Assembly: GCF_000150275.1 (NCBI RefSeq)
Contig: NW_002060953.1
Location: 2,097,429-2,161,428 of the forward strand
Length of the DNA stretch: 64,000 nt
Reading direction: 5' to 3'
Origin: Trichoplax adhaerens
Taxonomy: Eukaryota > Animalia > Placozoa
The position numbers were made by a program, and so were the translations under genes. The notes beneath the pieces were generated by a model. That model saw only the letters and a program-made list of their open reading frames with translations. It was not told the DNA's origin and made no database searches. Positions 1 through 12,779 of the stretch are shown one piece after another. Each line of letters starts with the position of its first letter. The first letter of the stretch is position 1.

Positions 1-2900
1 TTACACGAGTGAAAATGATGTAGTAAGTTTGCGATAAATTGCATTTACTAGCTGTAAATAATCGGACTTGCTAGCGATCGTTATCATTCTAGGCGTATGC
101 GCTTATTTTACTGGCCGAAAGAAAACATGCTTAGTATAACTCCATCAATTTCTATTCAAAACACTTGTAGCAACCAAGATTTGCACATCCCACTATAAAA
201 TTCTCCTGCATTGACCGCGAAGCAATGATGATTGATCGCTTGCCATTTGATAAATATGAACTAGAGCCTTCTCCACTTACTCAATACATATTGGAAAGGA
301 AATCGCCCAACATTTGCTGGCAGGTAAATACCATTATCATATAAAATAAATTGAAGTTAGCTAATTGCTATAGCATTGATGATCTGATTTCAAATCTGAT
401 CCATTTTGAATCCATTATAGACATTTATAGCCGGGAGTGACAGAGGCCGCAGTGCTGACCTTCCATTTGGTTATTTAAAAGCTAGCAATAAGATGAATTG
501 CGTTAATTTGCACGTACTACCATATAATTACCCAGTTTTATTGCCATTGCTAGGTAACCATTAGTATCATTTTGATTGGTCGTTTTATTTATTGTAAAAT
601 GCCACAATATTAAACAATTTGATCACAATGTCAATTAATAATTTTAAATGCCTTTTAGACGACCTCTTCAGAGTTCATAGATGTAAGCCTGATATGCTAT
701 GGAAAGAGAAATTTGGCAGATATGTTTTAAATATGCCATCGTATTACGGATCGGTATGCAACAAATCTGAAATGCATGATTATTAGGGCTTAGTATGATT
801 ATACACTCATAACTAGGCACAATTCATCAAAGTCTGATACTAATAATTAGCATATTTCCCTCTCAGTCCCTTAAAAGGGTAATGTTGTTAATGGGAGCCC
901 CAATAGGCATAGTACCGGAGCATTTTGATGGCACTCTTAATTTTTCATTATCCAATATGTTGAAAAAACTTCGGACTCAGGTAAGAATATCGCCTCATTT
1001 ATAAAATTGGCAGTTGCAATGATAACTTTTAAATTATCTTAAAAAACTATTAGGCAAAAGTAGAAGCAGATCGAATGATTTGTAGTGTTGGCAAAAAGCC
1101 TAATCGCGAACAATACGTTAATAAATTGCAAAGGAGGTAAATGAAATGAAATCAACGTCTGCAATATCCTTATACTAGTTATTGAAAGTGGAATTTATTA
1201 TTTTAGAACCTTACTGACCATATCGAATAAAAAGCAATCAAATTCCGATATTAATTTTAGGTTTGTAAAAATTTCCAACTGGTTGTTATTAAGTTTGGTA
1301 TCATTGTTGGTCTAATGCTTTATTATAACACTTTTTTCCTAATTATAGTAAAGTAGCCGCAAGTATTTGGCCCAATAATTACATGGGCATCATCGAATCG
1401 AAGCAGGTTGATTTTTATTACTAGTAAAAGGCAGTTAACAACATTTGTGGATGTTTCCTCTTCTTATTTTTACTAAAAGTATGACTTCATTCCTATTTTA
1501 GCGACTTTCAATAGGAGAAATGTTTCGGAATCCATATGATATTCCAAGGTTCCATTTGCTGGAACAGCTGAAACGAATGATTGCCAATTTTTTCAACAGC
1601 AGTCTGCCAGCGAATGGAAGTGAAGGTAATGACTGTCGATTTTACGTAACCTTGGGCTACTTCACTTATCAGATGAAATGTTATCTGTTAACGGCTACGC
1701 CTAAAATATTAACTCTCGAAGAGTTTCTATTGACTATTAGCTTGTACTAATGATTGACCTAATAATTTATTTTACTTTTCCTGATTGACTTAGAGTATCT
1801 TCATGACATACCAATAAGTCAAATGGGAAATTACCAGGAACACATGAAAAGAGTTAGTTCACAAATGCTTCGAGAAGTTGCTACCGGTCAGCAACCGCAG
1901 CGTGTTCATATTTTTGGTAATCCATTCAAGCGTGATCAAGTAGGTGGAATGACTATTACTATGAATACTGCAATATTTTGAATTGCGACATTTGATAATG
2001 CACTTAAATCTGCACTGCTATGATAACTTATTGTATCTTGAGATGATTCGATATTTAAATTTGCCTATCCTGTTACTGCGCAATGTTAGGACTTTGTTGT
2101 CGATGAAGCAGATGTAATGATTTCTGGTCAGTCGCCGCGTAACAAGCGACCTGGTACGCCAACTCCTAGACATTCGCCAAAGAGAATGCGTTTAGATTCT
2201 CAAGGGCATAAAGGTATACAAATTGCTTACGGACCAGCAGCATCATTCACTATTGTATTCAATCAGGCTATATTCGTAGAATGTTGAGGATGTCGAATAT
2301 GCTATGATAACGGAAAGCTAAAATTGATTTACTTTATTGATGTCATTTGGAGCAGGATCATCTAGCCAACGGCATAAATCAGGGGATGTTTCTACTTTAA
2401 ATTCCAACAAGGATGAAAATAAGCCATCTTCATTGTCCACTCGAAGACTCTCTTTAATAGAAGAATCGGATGATATGGAGATCACCATAGGCTCTCCATC
2501 AAGTGATAACAGTATGGATTCTGAAGCAAGTGGAACCTCTGAAGATGAATCCATGACGCTTGAGGACAGGTTTACCACGTTGTGGCAGAATCACGATCAT
2601 AATAAATCGCTAAAGAAAAGCATTGTCAGCTATATCAGAAACCACAGCAAGAGTATGTTCTTTGCGCATGATTAATTTATCCTTGATCAAGTAAAATCTC
2701 GTCCTTTCACTAACTGTTTATCCATTTTAATCAATTTTATAGCCGATAAAGAAATATTTAAGCTCTTGGAAAAAGTGAAAGGAACTGAAGATGATCAAGT
2801 CATATTTCTGAAAACCTTACTCTATGAGGTCAACTTTTTACGGAAGAATTCAATTACAACTCAACTGAGGAAAAAATTAGAATCAATCAATATGGAGTGA
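1..2900 (+). CDS. INTS6: Integrator complex subunit 6 (DDX26/INTS6), multi-exon, 5' part outside window
   Basis: GT-AG exons read by hand: 171-323 (QPRFAHPTIKFSC..LPFDKYELEPSPLTQYILERKSPNICWQ), 421-553 (PFGYLKAS..VNLHVLPYNYPVLLPLL), 659-753 (DDLFRVH..MPSYY), 867-980, 1054-1136 (AKVEADRMICSVGKK), ~1502-1625 (FRNPYDIPR), ~1794-1939 (IPISQMGNYQE..HIFGNPFK), ~2091-2213 (VDEAD), a Ser-rich exon ~2355-2652, and last exon 2743-2900 ending TGA. These match recalled INTS6 motifs closely. Confidence 0.95.
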
Positions 2901-4091
2901 TCTTAGCATTTTTTTCGTTGTCGTTGAGGCAATTGACTGCTGGCTGTAAATAACATACTATTATTTCTACAATTTTTTAAGTTTTCAATACATTAGGTCT
3001 TTCTGCTTAATGTGTAAAAATGTGGTAGTAAATCCATTGTATAAATGAGTTTCTCTGATCCTACAGAGATTGTTATACGAAGCTAACAGAGTTTCCTCAT
3101 ATCCAAATCGAAGTAATTTAGATATTCACCGTCAGCCATTGATGCATTATCGCAAATATTTAAGCGATTCTACACTCTGTTCGTTAACAAGATTTCTAAA
3201 TAATATTTTTGCATGGCTACAACTAGGAAATGTCTCATTGGATTTCTGACTGTTTTATTGTATATACTTTTGTCATTTAAAAAACAAGTAATGTGATTAT
3301 TGTTTGTCAAAGCCAAATCACGGCAAACGCTGTACTGTATTAAAGTCATTCGAGAATACCTATTAAACGGAAATAACTCTTAAAGCATAATCTCGAAATA
3401 CACAATATGGTGGTCGATTGACCGTTCATAAAGAATACAGTATAATGATTTACAATACAAATCATTTTCACAACGCAAATTACTCGATCGTTATTATAGC
3501 GATTAATATTGAAGCAACGTTAAAAGCAAAATTGTACATCATTGATGAAAAAATATGCAAAACAGTAATTTCTTTGTATCGTATATTATATACAATAATG
3601 ATACGAGCACAGAGTAGTAAAGAAAGCATGTTCGAATGGGCTTGTTCTACTGGACGTTTTAATACTCGTAGTTTTATGAATACTGTACTGTAGGAAATAA
3701 CAGCATAAGGATACAGAATGAAATTTACATAGGATGATCCATACGCCATCACTAAAATGGAGCCATTTGTTTCATTCAAGCCGCGTAGTCATTAAATACT
3801 TTTATAGGTAGTGTTGCAGTACACTTGCTAAGGAAGGAGCCTTTCCAAACCCAATTCTCATCATTGGTCATCCAAATCATGATGTCGGTTGTGAAAGCGT
3901 TGACAAAGCACAACGACTCGTATCATTTTAATGATGGAAAATCTAGCAAGATCTACTTCGAAGCCGTGCAATATACACTGCTTACAACTGAAAAAGCAGA
4001 ATTCATTTACAAAATATCAGTTTAATATAAACCACTAATTTATAATCTATACAGCCAGGACGATTTCTTGGCAATCCATAATGAATATGAA

Positions 4092-4550
4092 TTAAGGTTG
4101 AATAATAGCTGTCTTGGAATCTTTCAAATCTTGCACATTGTCTTCACGGTTTTTGGCAATAGCATCACTTATATTGATCCAACGATAGAAGAAGAGGCCA
4201 TCTACAATCCATTTGATGACTAAATAAGCCAAAAAGATCAAGTGAATGATGTAAAAGGCAACATAATCGGCTCTTTGTTCATGAAATAAGCAATGGACTG
4301 ACATGGATTCGCCACCAGAACAGGGAATGTACCAAGGTTGCATAGTTTGACGAAAAATAAAGAAACAAACGATTGAAAACCAATAAGCCACAATATGACA
4401 CCAGATTGCCCTTTTGGAGAATTTACCATAATATCGATTATTATTCAGGATACCAGGTATAAAGTTTAACCAGTGTAGGCCATGAAAGAAGCCAACTGCA
4501 AGCCAAATCAAATAGGGATACATTACTCTCTTGCTGAAAAAGTCAGCCAT
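4092..4550 (-). CDS. Small multi-pass membrane protein, TM2-domain-like
   Basis: 152-aa ORF with three hydrophobic segments. YLIWLAVGFFHGLHW resembles the TM2/DNAJC22-type YLLWxxxGxxGLH motif, and KWIVDGLF resembles the downstream WxxDxxLI motif. Confidence 0.6.
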   Translation of the reverse strand: MADFFSKRVMYPYLIWLAVGFFHGLHWLNFIPGILNNNRYYGKFSKRAIWCHIVAYWFSIVCFFIFRQTMQPWYIPCSGGESMSVHCLFHEQRADYVAFYIIHLIFLAYLVIKWIVDGLFFYRWINISDAIAKNREDNVQDLKDSKTAIIQP

Positions 4551-4889
4551 CGTTCTATCTGCTTGTTTGGACGATGAAATTCGCTAATTCGAATCAATAA
4601 TAAGGCTAAACTTGATCGTTAGAGATATGAAACAGAGGACTACGATAACGATTGGATAGCTAATCAAGATAGAAACCTCCGATGGCTACTATAAGGCAAA
4701 AAAATGAATCAACTACTCGATCAATGGAGAATTAACCTTGCAAAAGTTGTTGTTTTCGTCTTGAATTTTCTTGACAATGTCGTCAGCTCCTACAACGACG
4801 AAAAATAAGCGAGAGTGGCTGTGGGCTGTAGTCAGAACCTGTTACTTTAGACACTGGTATGGGTTAGTGGACGATCATACCCAGCTGTG

Positions 4890-5085
4890 CCAGTGCGCAT
4901 GAGTGACAAGGAACATTCCGCTGAAAGCCTTCCAAAGGCGGTGCTTCCCCAATTTCACGATATAAATTAACTTAAAAGCCTTTTATTCAAGCTTATGATT
5001 CCGTAGCTTACCTCTACACGACCGCACGGTAGTATATCGGCAGCAGGAACACGCAAGCGTCACGTGATGGAGCTGTGACGTGTTA
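4890..5085. promoter_or_regulatory. Candidate promoter of the TM2-like gene
   Basis: Locally GC/CpG-richer patch upstream of the minus-strand ORF, containing TGCGCATG (~4894), GTCACGTGA (~5059, E-box) and TGACGT (~5076, CRE half-site). Confidence 0.3.
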
Positions 5086-5165
5086 CCTCTCCTGTACCTC
5101 TACTGTACACTGACAGCCTACTTTCCAACGATACTGTTACTACTTTACTATACCACTGACTGCGT

Positions 5166-5601
5166 TACTACCTTATAATCGACGGACTAAAAGTCTGAAA
5201 TAGGAAAATCATCCTAAACCATCGACAGGTGTCATGGATATTGGAATATAGCTTGCCATCGCCATTTCATGCCTCTTTTCCACGGATGGGGTAGTGGAAT
5301 CCCGTAGGAAAATGAGATAGAAATGACTAGGCTATATATCCAACGCAGGATTAACATAAAAGCAAACTATCCTACCCCTAGTCTACTACCTTATAATCGA
5401 CGTACTGAAAATCTAAAATAGGAAAATCATCCTAAACCATCGACAGGTGTCATGGATATTGGAATATAGCTTGCTATCGCCATTTCATGCCTCTTTTCCA
5501 CGGATGGGGTAGTGGAATCCCGTAGGAAAATGAGATAGAAATGACTAGGCTATATATCCAACGCAGGATTAACATAGAAGCAAACTATCCTACCCCTAGT
5601 C
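5166..5601. repeat. Near-perfect 218-bp tandem duplication, with a decayed third copy at ~5700-5770
   Basis: TACTACCTTATAATCGAC... starts at 5166 and again at 5384, with only a handful of substitutions. Confidence 0.95.
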
Positions 5602-6694
5602 TAGTAGTATCCTTGATACCATCATTGCCATAGTGACGTATTGCTAGACACTTTCATTGATTGGGGTAGGACACACTTCATGGCCATATTCAGATGCATT
5701 AGGGAAATCCCTTGAAAAAGTGAGACAGGAATAACGAGACGATACTATTTAAAACAGAATAACCATACAATAATGATAAGTACACTTTTCGCGTGTAAAA
5801 TGGTGCTGCGGGTTTCATAAATGCCGTAGGGAGAAGTTTATACCCGTAGCATGACCCTATCCGTCATTGCTGAGCGGTATGGGATTGCGAGGCAATTTAT
5901 TGTTGAAATTGTACTATTTTATGGTCTATACCAAATCATCAACATCATTATGACTCCCATAAGGCTGTTTATGCTTACAAAAATTGTATTAACGATATAT
6001 CCGTGTAAGATCTCTCTTACTTTACTTCACTCATATTTGATCAATTTGAAAGAATTAGCAAAACACTATCTCATCTCACAATAAATTACTTTTACCTTCT
6101 CTACTTATAACTAGAATATTACTTAGCTAGTTAATACTGAAGAAATCTTAAAATTGACGCGGCACGACATTCCTCAAATTGTTATTTGTCAACATGTTTA
6201 TCTTTGGTAATTCATTTAGCTCACCTTGCTTATCCTGCAGGTAGACTTCAACTACTAATTGCTAATCAGAGGCAAATTTGCATCATCAGGCTGAAGTAAG
6301 ATTATACAATATTGTGAGGGAGAACCAACAACAGTTTAGAGAGTTTCTTTCGTATAATATACTAGATGATAACCCGATTCAAGATTAAGAAAAGTCGTTC
6401 TCTACTCAATACGAAAATATCAGTCGTAACTATTGAGTCCGTTAGCAAGAGTAAGTTTGTAATAGTAATATACAAGTAGATAGAGTGCAAGTTTATTAAT
6501 TACAATCATGGTCGATTACATTTGAGTCTTTGGTATCGCGCAACATACACAAGACTCAGGAATGAATCTTCACTTCTTGCTTCAATATTCAAATTAAAAC
6601 TAATAAAGAGAAATTCATAAATTAAATCATGGATGCTCCTGATAATACACAATTTGTGATTATTAAACTGGAGAATTAATGAATCTTAATCTGT

Positions 6695-6955
6695 AATATC
6701 TCTAACAATCGCCTCCAATATATTCATCCGTTATCGTTTAAGAGTTGCAAAGTGGTCAAAATTATGTAAGTATGTAATGTACACTGTACAGTACTAAACA
6801 ATAAATTCTTGCCATTATGTGAAGAAATAGATTAGTAATCATCTGTAGTACTGTAACCTTTTTTATTGTTTTTGCTATATTTTAAATAGGCATATCAATA
6901 AGAATGGAATAGAAAATCTTGATTTCTTAAAACTAATACCAAGCCTGGAAAAAAT
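6695..6955 (+). pseudogene. Relic leucine-rich-repeat exons
   Basis: 6695-6765 encodes NISNNRLQYIHPLSFKSCKVVKI and ends at GTAAGT. 6890-6955 is a 66-nt exon (TAG...GTGAGT) encoding HINKNGIENLDFLKLIPSLEK. Both fit the LxxNxLxxL LRR pattern with phase-2 introns. The first lacks an acceptor and has upstream stops. Confidence 0.6.
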
Positions 6956-8750
6956 GTGAGTTTGTCCTAAGATCCTATCTATAACTTTTTTCTATGGAAG
7001 CTCAGAATGATAATATTGATTTTCTTAATAATAAATAGTTAGCGCATATATGCAAGCGTTAAATTGATCATACACCAGTAGCAATCATACAGCGTAGCTT
7101 CATGACTACTTGTACTTAGATAATTAGATAATTCATTAACTGTATAATTTGCATCTATCCAAGCTTGAACTTAATAGCATAGCAAAATAGCGAATCATCA
7201 TCACTTATAGATATCTCTCTATGGTAAAGAACTAAGGCAGTACTGAAGCTGTTAGGTATATGTTAATATATAGTGGCTAATTATTAAATAACTAATCCCT
7301 CTTGTTACTCCAACTATTCTAAATTAGCCATGCATTATCCTAATGGAAGGAAAAAAATGTTATGCTTTAGTAAATCAATACCATCGCACGATATATATTT
7401 GGTCTATTCAGATTAAATAGATCTTTTTTCCTGATTTATCAATGCTCTATTTTTTTATTTTGATTTGTAACTTCAAGTTCCATCTCAAAATCTTAAAAAT
7501 AATCCATCACAGTTGTAAATATACCGCTAGCGTATTATCCTATTTTGAAATGTAAACTTTTGTAGCGTTAAAATTGATTGAAAATTGTGGATTAAGGGAG
7601 CTAAAATTGAGAAGAATTGAGTAATCAATATCAGAAATGCTACACAGTACTATAACACCAAGAAATCCACTACAGCGTTTATGCCATCAAAACTCAGTGA
7701 TAACTGCTTAATATGAAATATTATTACCCACAAAATCTATTCAAAACTTCTCACAAGCTACATTTAGATTGCTCCGAATACTTTCTGGTAAGCTTTATTA
7801 CGGTGCCTTATTGAATATATAAAAACATGAAGAGTACCATAATCATTTAAATGATTTTATAATATCATGATAATCTCTATTTAAGAGAAGCCTATCGATA
7901 TTTTGCGTTGTGATATGATTGTTGTCATGACTTGGTAGTTTTACAGTGGTGTTACGTTTTTTGTAACAGGAAGATTAGTTAGAAACCTCCAGACGAGTTC
8001 AGTATAGGTATAGCATAGAACTCAATCTTTATTGGTCGTAGTGTATAATCTTACTCGTATCTTGTCCCTGGTACTTAGTTCTCCCCTAGCTTATTAACAT
8101 GCGTATCATTATATACGTATACTTCGTTTTAAATACGATTCCAATAACGTACCAAACCGATATCTAGATAACTCGTGCAGCATTTAGTAACAACCGTATT
8201 TTCGGTGATATAGTATAACAAATACAAAATCATAACGTAGTGTTGAGTCACTATTGAGCTCATAGCAAAAATTAATACGTAAGAATATTTTTGTATATAG
8301 ACCTAAATAAAGTTCTAATTTACTACGAATTTAAAAATTTTATGATCGGTTATACACCGCTTTAACAGATTGTAATGATTTCAGCTAATTACTGTAGTTA
8401 TGTGTTGAAAATGTTATAGTACCGTAAAGTAAAGACTGCGCAACGAAGAATAGTTTGTTAAGTTGTTGATTTTCTTCACAACTACAGTCTGTCAAGTTAC
8501 ATTAATATTGCACTATAGTTAACTAGTTAATATTAGTTATCAAGAATTTTCTAATACAGCAATTAACAGTCATCTATTAGCAGTATTATATATGATAGCA
8601 ATATTTATTCTTAGAAACCTCACAGTATACAATATAGCTATCAATACAGTCAAATGTGAGATGTAGCACTAGAGTTATTGCGGTACCTATTCATCTACTA
8701 ACTGACAATTTGGCCCGAATACGATAAAAATAAATTCTTTTATACGTTGT

Positions 8751-8969
8751 CTATGTGCGATCAGAGTATACAGTCTCTATACTATGGGTCAACACTTTTT
8801 TAAAGCTGTAAGGGCCCTCAATAATTAATTGAACTGTTATAGGGAGTAGCTCTTTCCAATTAAGCTCTCTTAATTTGCTTATAACTAATTCAACACTATT
8901 TGGACGTTTGTTATCGAAAATAATATAATAATTTACTTCTTTACTTATTAATTTAATTAGTAATTCCAT
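8751..8969 (-). CDS. Small hypothetical protein (72 aa), divergent from the large orphan gene
   Basis: Differences from the copy-B homolog (15411-15630) are enriched in synonymous changes (CTA/TTA, ATA/ATT, TTA/TTG, AGC/AGT, ACA/ACT), and the TAG stop is conserved. Confidence 0.55.
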   Translation of the reverse strand: MELLIKLISKEVNYYIIFDNKRPNSVELVISKLRELNWKELLPITVQLIIEGPYSFKKVLTHSIETVYSDRT

Positions 8970-10237
8970 GCATACATCTTTTTACTTTCGTTAAACTTCC
9001 GCATTCTCTCTCTTTGTTATCATGTTATCAATTGGTCGCATTTCTTATTCAACTACCACTATTAAATCTTTCAGACTGAAACTCAACATAAAGTACTCAT
9101 ATTATTCACTTCATTGTGTCCTAACTACCTTTTAAAAACTTACTGTACTATGAGAGATTACAGTAGTCGTCAATAAATTATTGAAATATATTTCTTTCAG
9201 ATAAGACTCTTTTGCGAATAGCTTAAGCTTACCGTACAGGTACACTTTACGCATATTCAAGCGCTACTTTAAACTAGATATCGCACACTATTATGATGTC
9301 TACTAATATATAGTATGTATGCTTAGCTAACAATCACACAAAATGCAGCGTTAAAAGATTAGTCTTGAAACTATCTAACAAAGATCTAATATCGTGGAGT
9401 TACCAGGCCGTAAAAATCAAATTAGAGAAATAATGTGATAATTTGCTTTTATCATCATTAGTATATTTAAAATTTATCGTATATTGAATCTTGAATAAGA
9501 GCCAGTAATCTATTTGTATTGCATTGCACATCAAAGAATTACGTCTCATTATTTGAGTACAATAGTCCTTCAGATATATACTTTTAATTCTACTAAAAGC
9601 AATTCTCTAATGCACAAGAATAACTAAATGATTTCAGAATAAACATTTAATGCAAATCTCATCGAAACAACTGCTCTTCTAATAGATATTTAGGTGGAAA
9701 ATATCCTGAAATTTTAAACAGAATAGAAGTGAGAGAAAGTGCGAAATTATTTCGCTACTTAAGGTTATATAGCCTCTTTTTAAGTGCACTAGCACAAGCT
9801 CAAAATTAATAGTTATTCTCTTGTTGTAAAACTATATCCTCAAAGACCTATTTCATTCCTCTTGTATAATGTAAAAACTGGAACCTGTTGGAACATTTAT
9901 TGAAGCCACCGTCACAGCATGTTTATTCAGTATGAATTACAAATAGAATTAAGCTCCAATCATTACGCATAACCTAGGCTATTATACCGAGCTCAAACCG
10001 AACAAGTAGAATTTAGCATAATAATGATTAGTGAATAATAATTGTCAAGAAACAGACCTATAAAAGAGGAAGAAAACGTGATTGGAATGTATAACGAAAA
10101 CAGACGCCCGAAAACTAGTTCAGAATCGGCCCATCTTTCTAGATTCGTCCTCGTAGCCCAGTAGGATAGATTAATCTTTCAACTATTTTGGTTATTGCTT
10201 CTTGTACACTTGGATATACACGTTGCTAGTTTTTTGC

Positions 10238-12779
10238 ATGATGCACTCTAACATCTTCAAGGACCGTCCCAAATCGAAGGAAGTTCTTAAAGCCGTATTT
10301 GATAATCGTCAGCTTAGCAATTATTTTCTTTCTTTCATCTTTTACTTTCTGAAGCATTTATTACAAGTAACTGGGTTGAGTCCTTTTAAAAACAGCATTA
10401 AAGAGCATCAATCTCGTCTCATTTTTTATAACCATATAGCTCGATTGTTATGGTGCCAATCGAAAGCAGTATCTATTGCCTATACTGGTCAATCAAAATT
10501 GAAAGTGTGTTATAAAAACTTACCGTCAAAAAAAAATTTCTTATAGATGAATTTCCGTCACCCCTTAGTGTACAATATAGACTATGTGTTGGTCATGATT
10601 TAAATGAACAACAAACCTTGGCGCGCGGTTGCAAAAGAGAACATTTTAAGAATTTAACACTAATACGTCACAAAATTACGGAGGAATTGAGTTATTATAC
10701 ATCATTTTCGCATTATTTAATTATCACTACTGAAGATGATCTGAAACATACCAAAGTCTTAAATCGCTATTATCAGCTATACAAATGTCTGTGTTCAAAA
10801 AGTAATGGCGAGTCATCTGAAGACGAGTTAATTCGACGAGCTATACCAATTACACCAAATGTGGTGGAAAAAGTACTTAATAACGTCGGTAAACATCTTA
10901 GGCTTCACAGAAAATATCATTTGAAGTACCAGAATAACTTAGCTTCTAATATTGATACTTCTAATATTGATACTTCTAATAGTGATGCTTCTAATGTTAA
11001 TACTTCTAATATTGGTGCTTCCAACGTTTCTGCTACTAATGTCGGCGCTTCTGAGGAGATTACTGGAAGTTTTGAAAAAATCAAAAAAATCTTCAAAAAA
11101 GAATTCCCCATTACCCCTTTCGAACTGTTTGTTGATAATATGGAATTCTACTTGAGATATGTTGAAAGCCAATTTCCGAATAAAGAAGAAAACAAAGATT
11201 ACTGGATTTGGGCAAGTATTGTACACTTAATCTATGCATTTCGTCATATCGCCGAAGTTTCTTATTTTAACGTATTAAATGGCATACCAAAATTGGGGCA
11301 ACTTGAAAATAGTAGAAAAACAACCAAAAATTTAATTATAGACAAATTTAAAGACTATCTTCATTTAAGTTATGAAATTGATCCTTTAGAATATGAAACT
11401 TCTATTAAAATGTGTATACATCATGTCGTTTCTCGATATTTTTATGATGCCTTTGAAGGTTTCATTCAACAGATTATGCAAAAGTATCTGGATTGTAATA
11501 TTTTTGACGTTTTTCATATAGAGAGTCAATCGCCGCCATGCTTTAAAGATGTAAATCGAGACTATTTCAAAGATTTCGAAATCGTCGATTTGATCAAATT
11601 ATTCACGTTTGATATTGAACCAGTCTACTTGGTAGAGGATGAGGTATCTCAAATTTTATTTGATATTTATGAAAGATGTCAGAGATGGATTTTAGATAGC
11701 TACAATTCCATTTCTTATAACTATTTAAGTCCTCAAGCTAGTGGATATTTATCGCAAATATCCTTTGAGATTCTTACCAATCCAGATAATTTAGACCCAG
11801 AAATGCAATTAATTGATTTTCACAGGCCCGATCCACCACTCAAAAGAATAGCAGGAAGCTATCTCCATTGCCCTATGTGCTATCTTGCGATTTGGGCTAT
11901 AAACAAAGCCCCTTCGATCAGTAATGAGCATATCTATGAGTCTGATAATATCTTAAATTCTGGTTGCATAGGTTATTTCTTTGAGAACAGGAACTGGCCT
12001 AGATCAATTTTAAATAATGATGTGTTAGTTTTTCTCTTTTTAGGGAAGGAGACGTCTGATTTATTACTTGATAAACAACGTGAAGATGAAAATAAAAGTA
12101 ATCATTTACAGGTCAACCACAATAAGTACAAATTTATTGATGTTTTATTATATTTGCTAACTCGTCCGCACACAACTATTCAGAAATTTCAAACGCAATG
12201 GGCCAAAATAAAACGATTGATACTTGTTGAACCGACCAATTCTTGGGATCCCAAGAGTTTTTATTATCATCATATCTTATTTGAATTTAATACAGTAGAT
12301 CAATATACAGAAGAAAGATTTGCAAAACCTGGATTAAATCCACTGTTTAATAGGCGTTCAGGATTACGAACTGGTGACATCCGATCTTATATGCGGTGCT
12401 ATTATTTTGACAAGTACGATGCATTGATGAATCAGTGTGAAGGACCTACATTACAAGTGCAATATTCTAGGTATAGCGACTACACCAATCAAACACCTAC
12501 ACTCTATGAAGAAGATCAGAATGATGATGAATTGGCCAAAGCTTAGAAGAGTTAAATCTTAACGATTACCAACGAGTAAACACCGCAAAAGACGTATTTA
12601 ATGTAGACTTTTTATTGCGGAAAGCAGGAGATTATACTACATTTAGTTGTGATTATTCCATTCCATACCAATTCATAACCAATTTTGCCAAGGTTGGTAC
12701 GACGACAAAACATAATAATAGCTTTACATTAAAATATTTTGAGGATGCAAAATGTATCGATAAATTAAGCCAAAATTAG
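10238..12779 (+). pseudogene. Orphan ~840-aa protein, copy A, split by two 1-nt deletions
   Basis: ORF 10202-10546, ORF 10618-12546 and a tail to TAG 12777-12779 are collinear with the 825-aa ORF at 16178. Frameshifts lie in the A9 run at 10528-10536 and at ~12530 (GATGAATT vs GATGATATT). Confidence 0.85.
10942..11050 (+). repeat. Coding 15-bp tandem repeat, (A/T)SN(I/V)(D/G) x ~7
   Basis: GCTTCTAATATTGAT-like units encode ASNID TSNID TSNSD ASNVN TSNIG ASNVS ATNVG. Copy B has only ~3 units. Confidence 0.9.

Noticed and set aside
3418-4025. ORFs 3418-3693(+), 3480-3779(-) and 3825-4025(+)
   Set aside because: No recognisable motifs or consistent exon chain; they lie in AT-rich sequence between two convergent genes.
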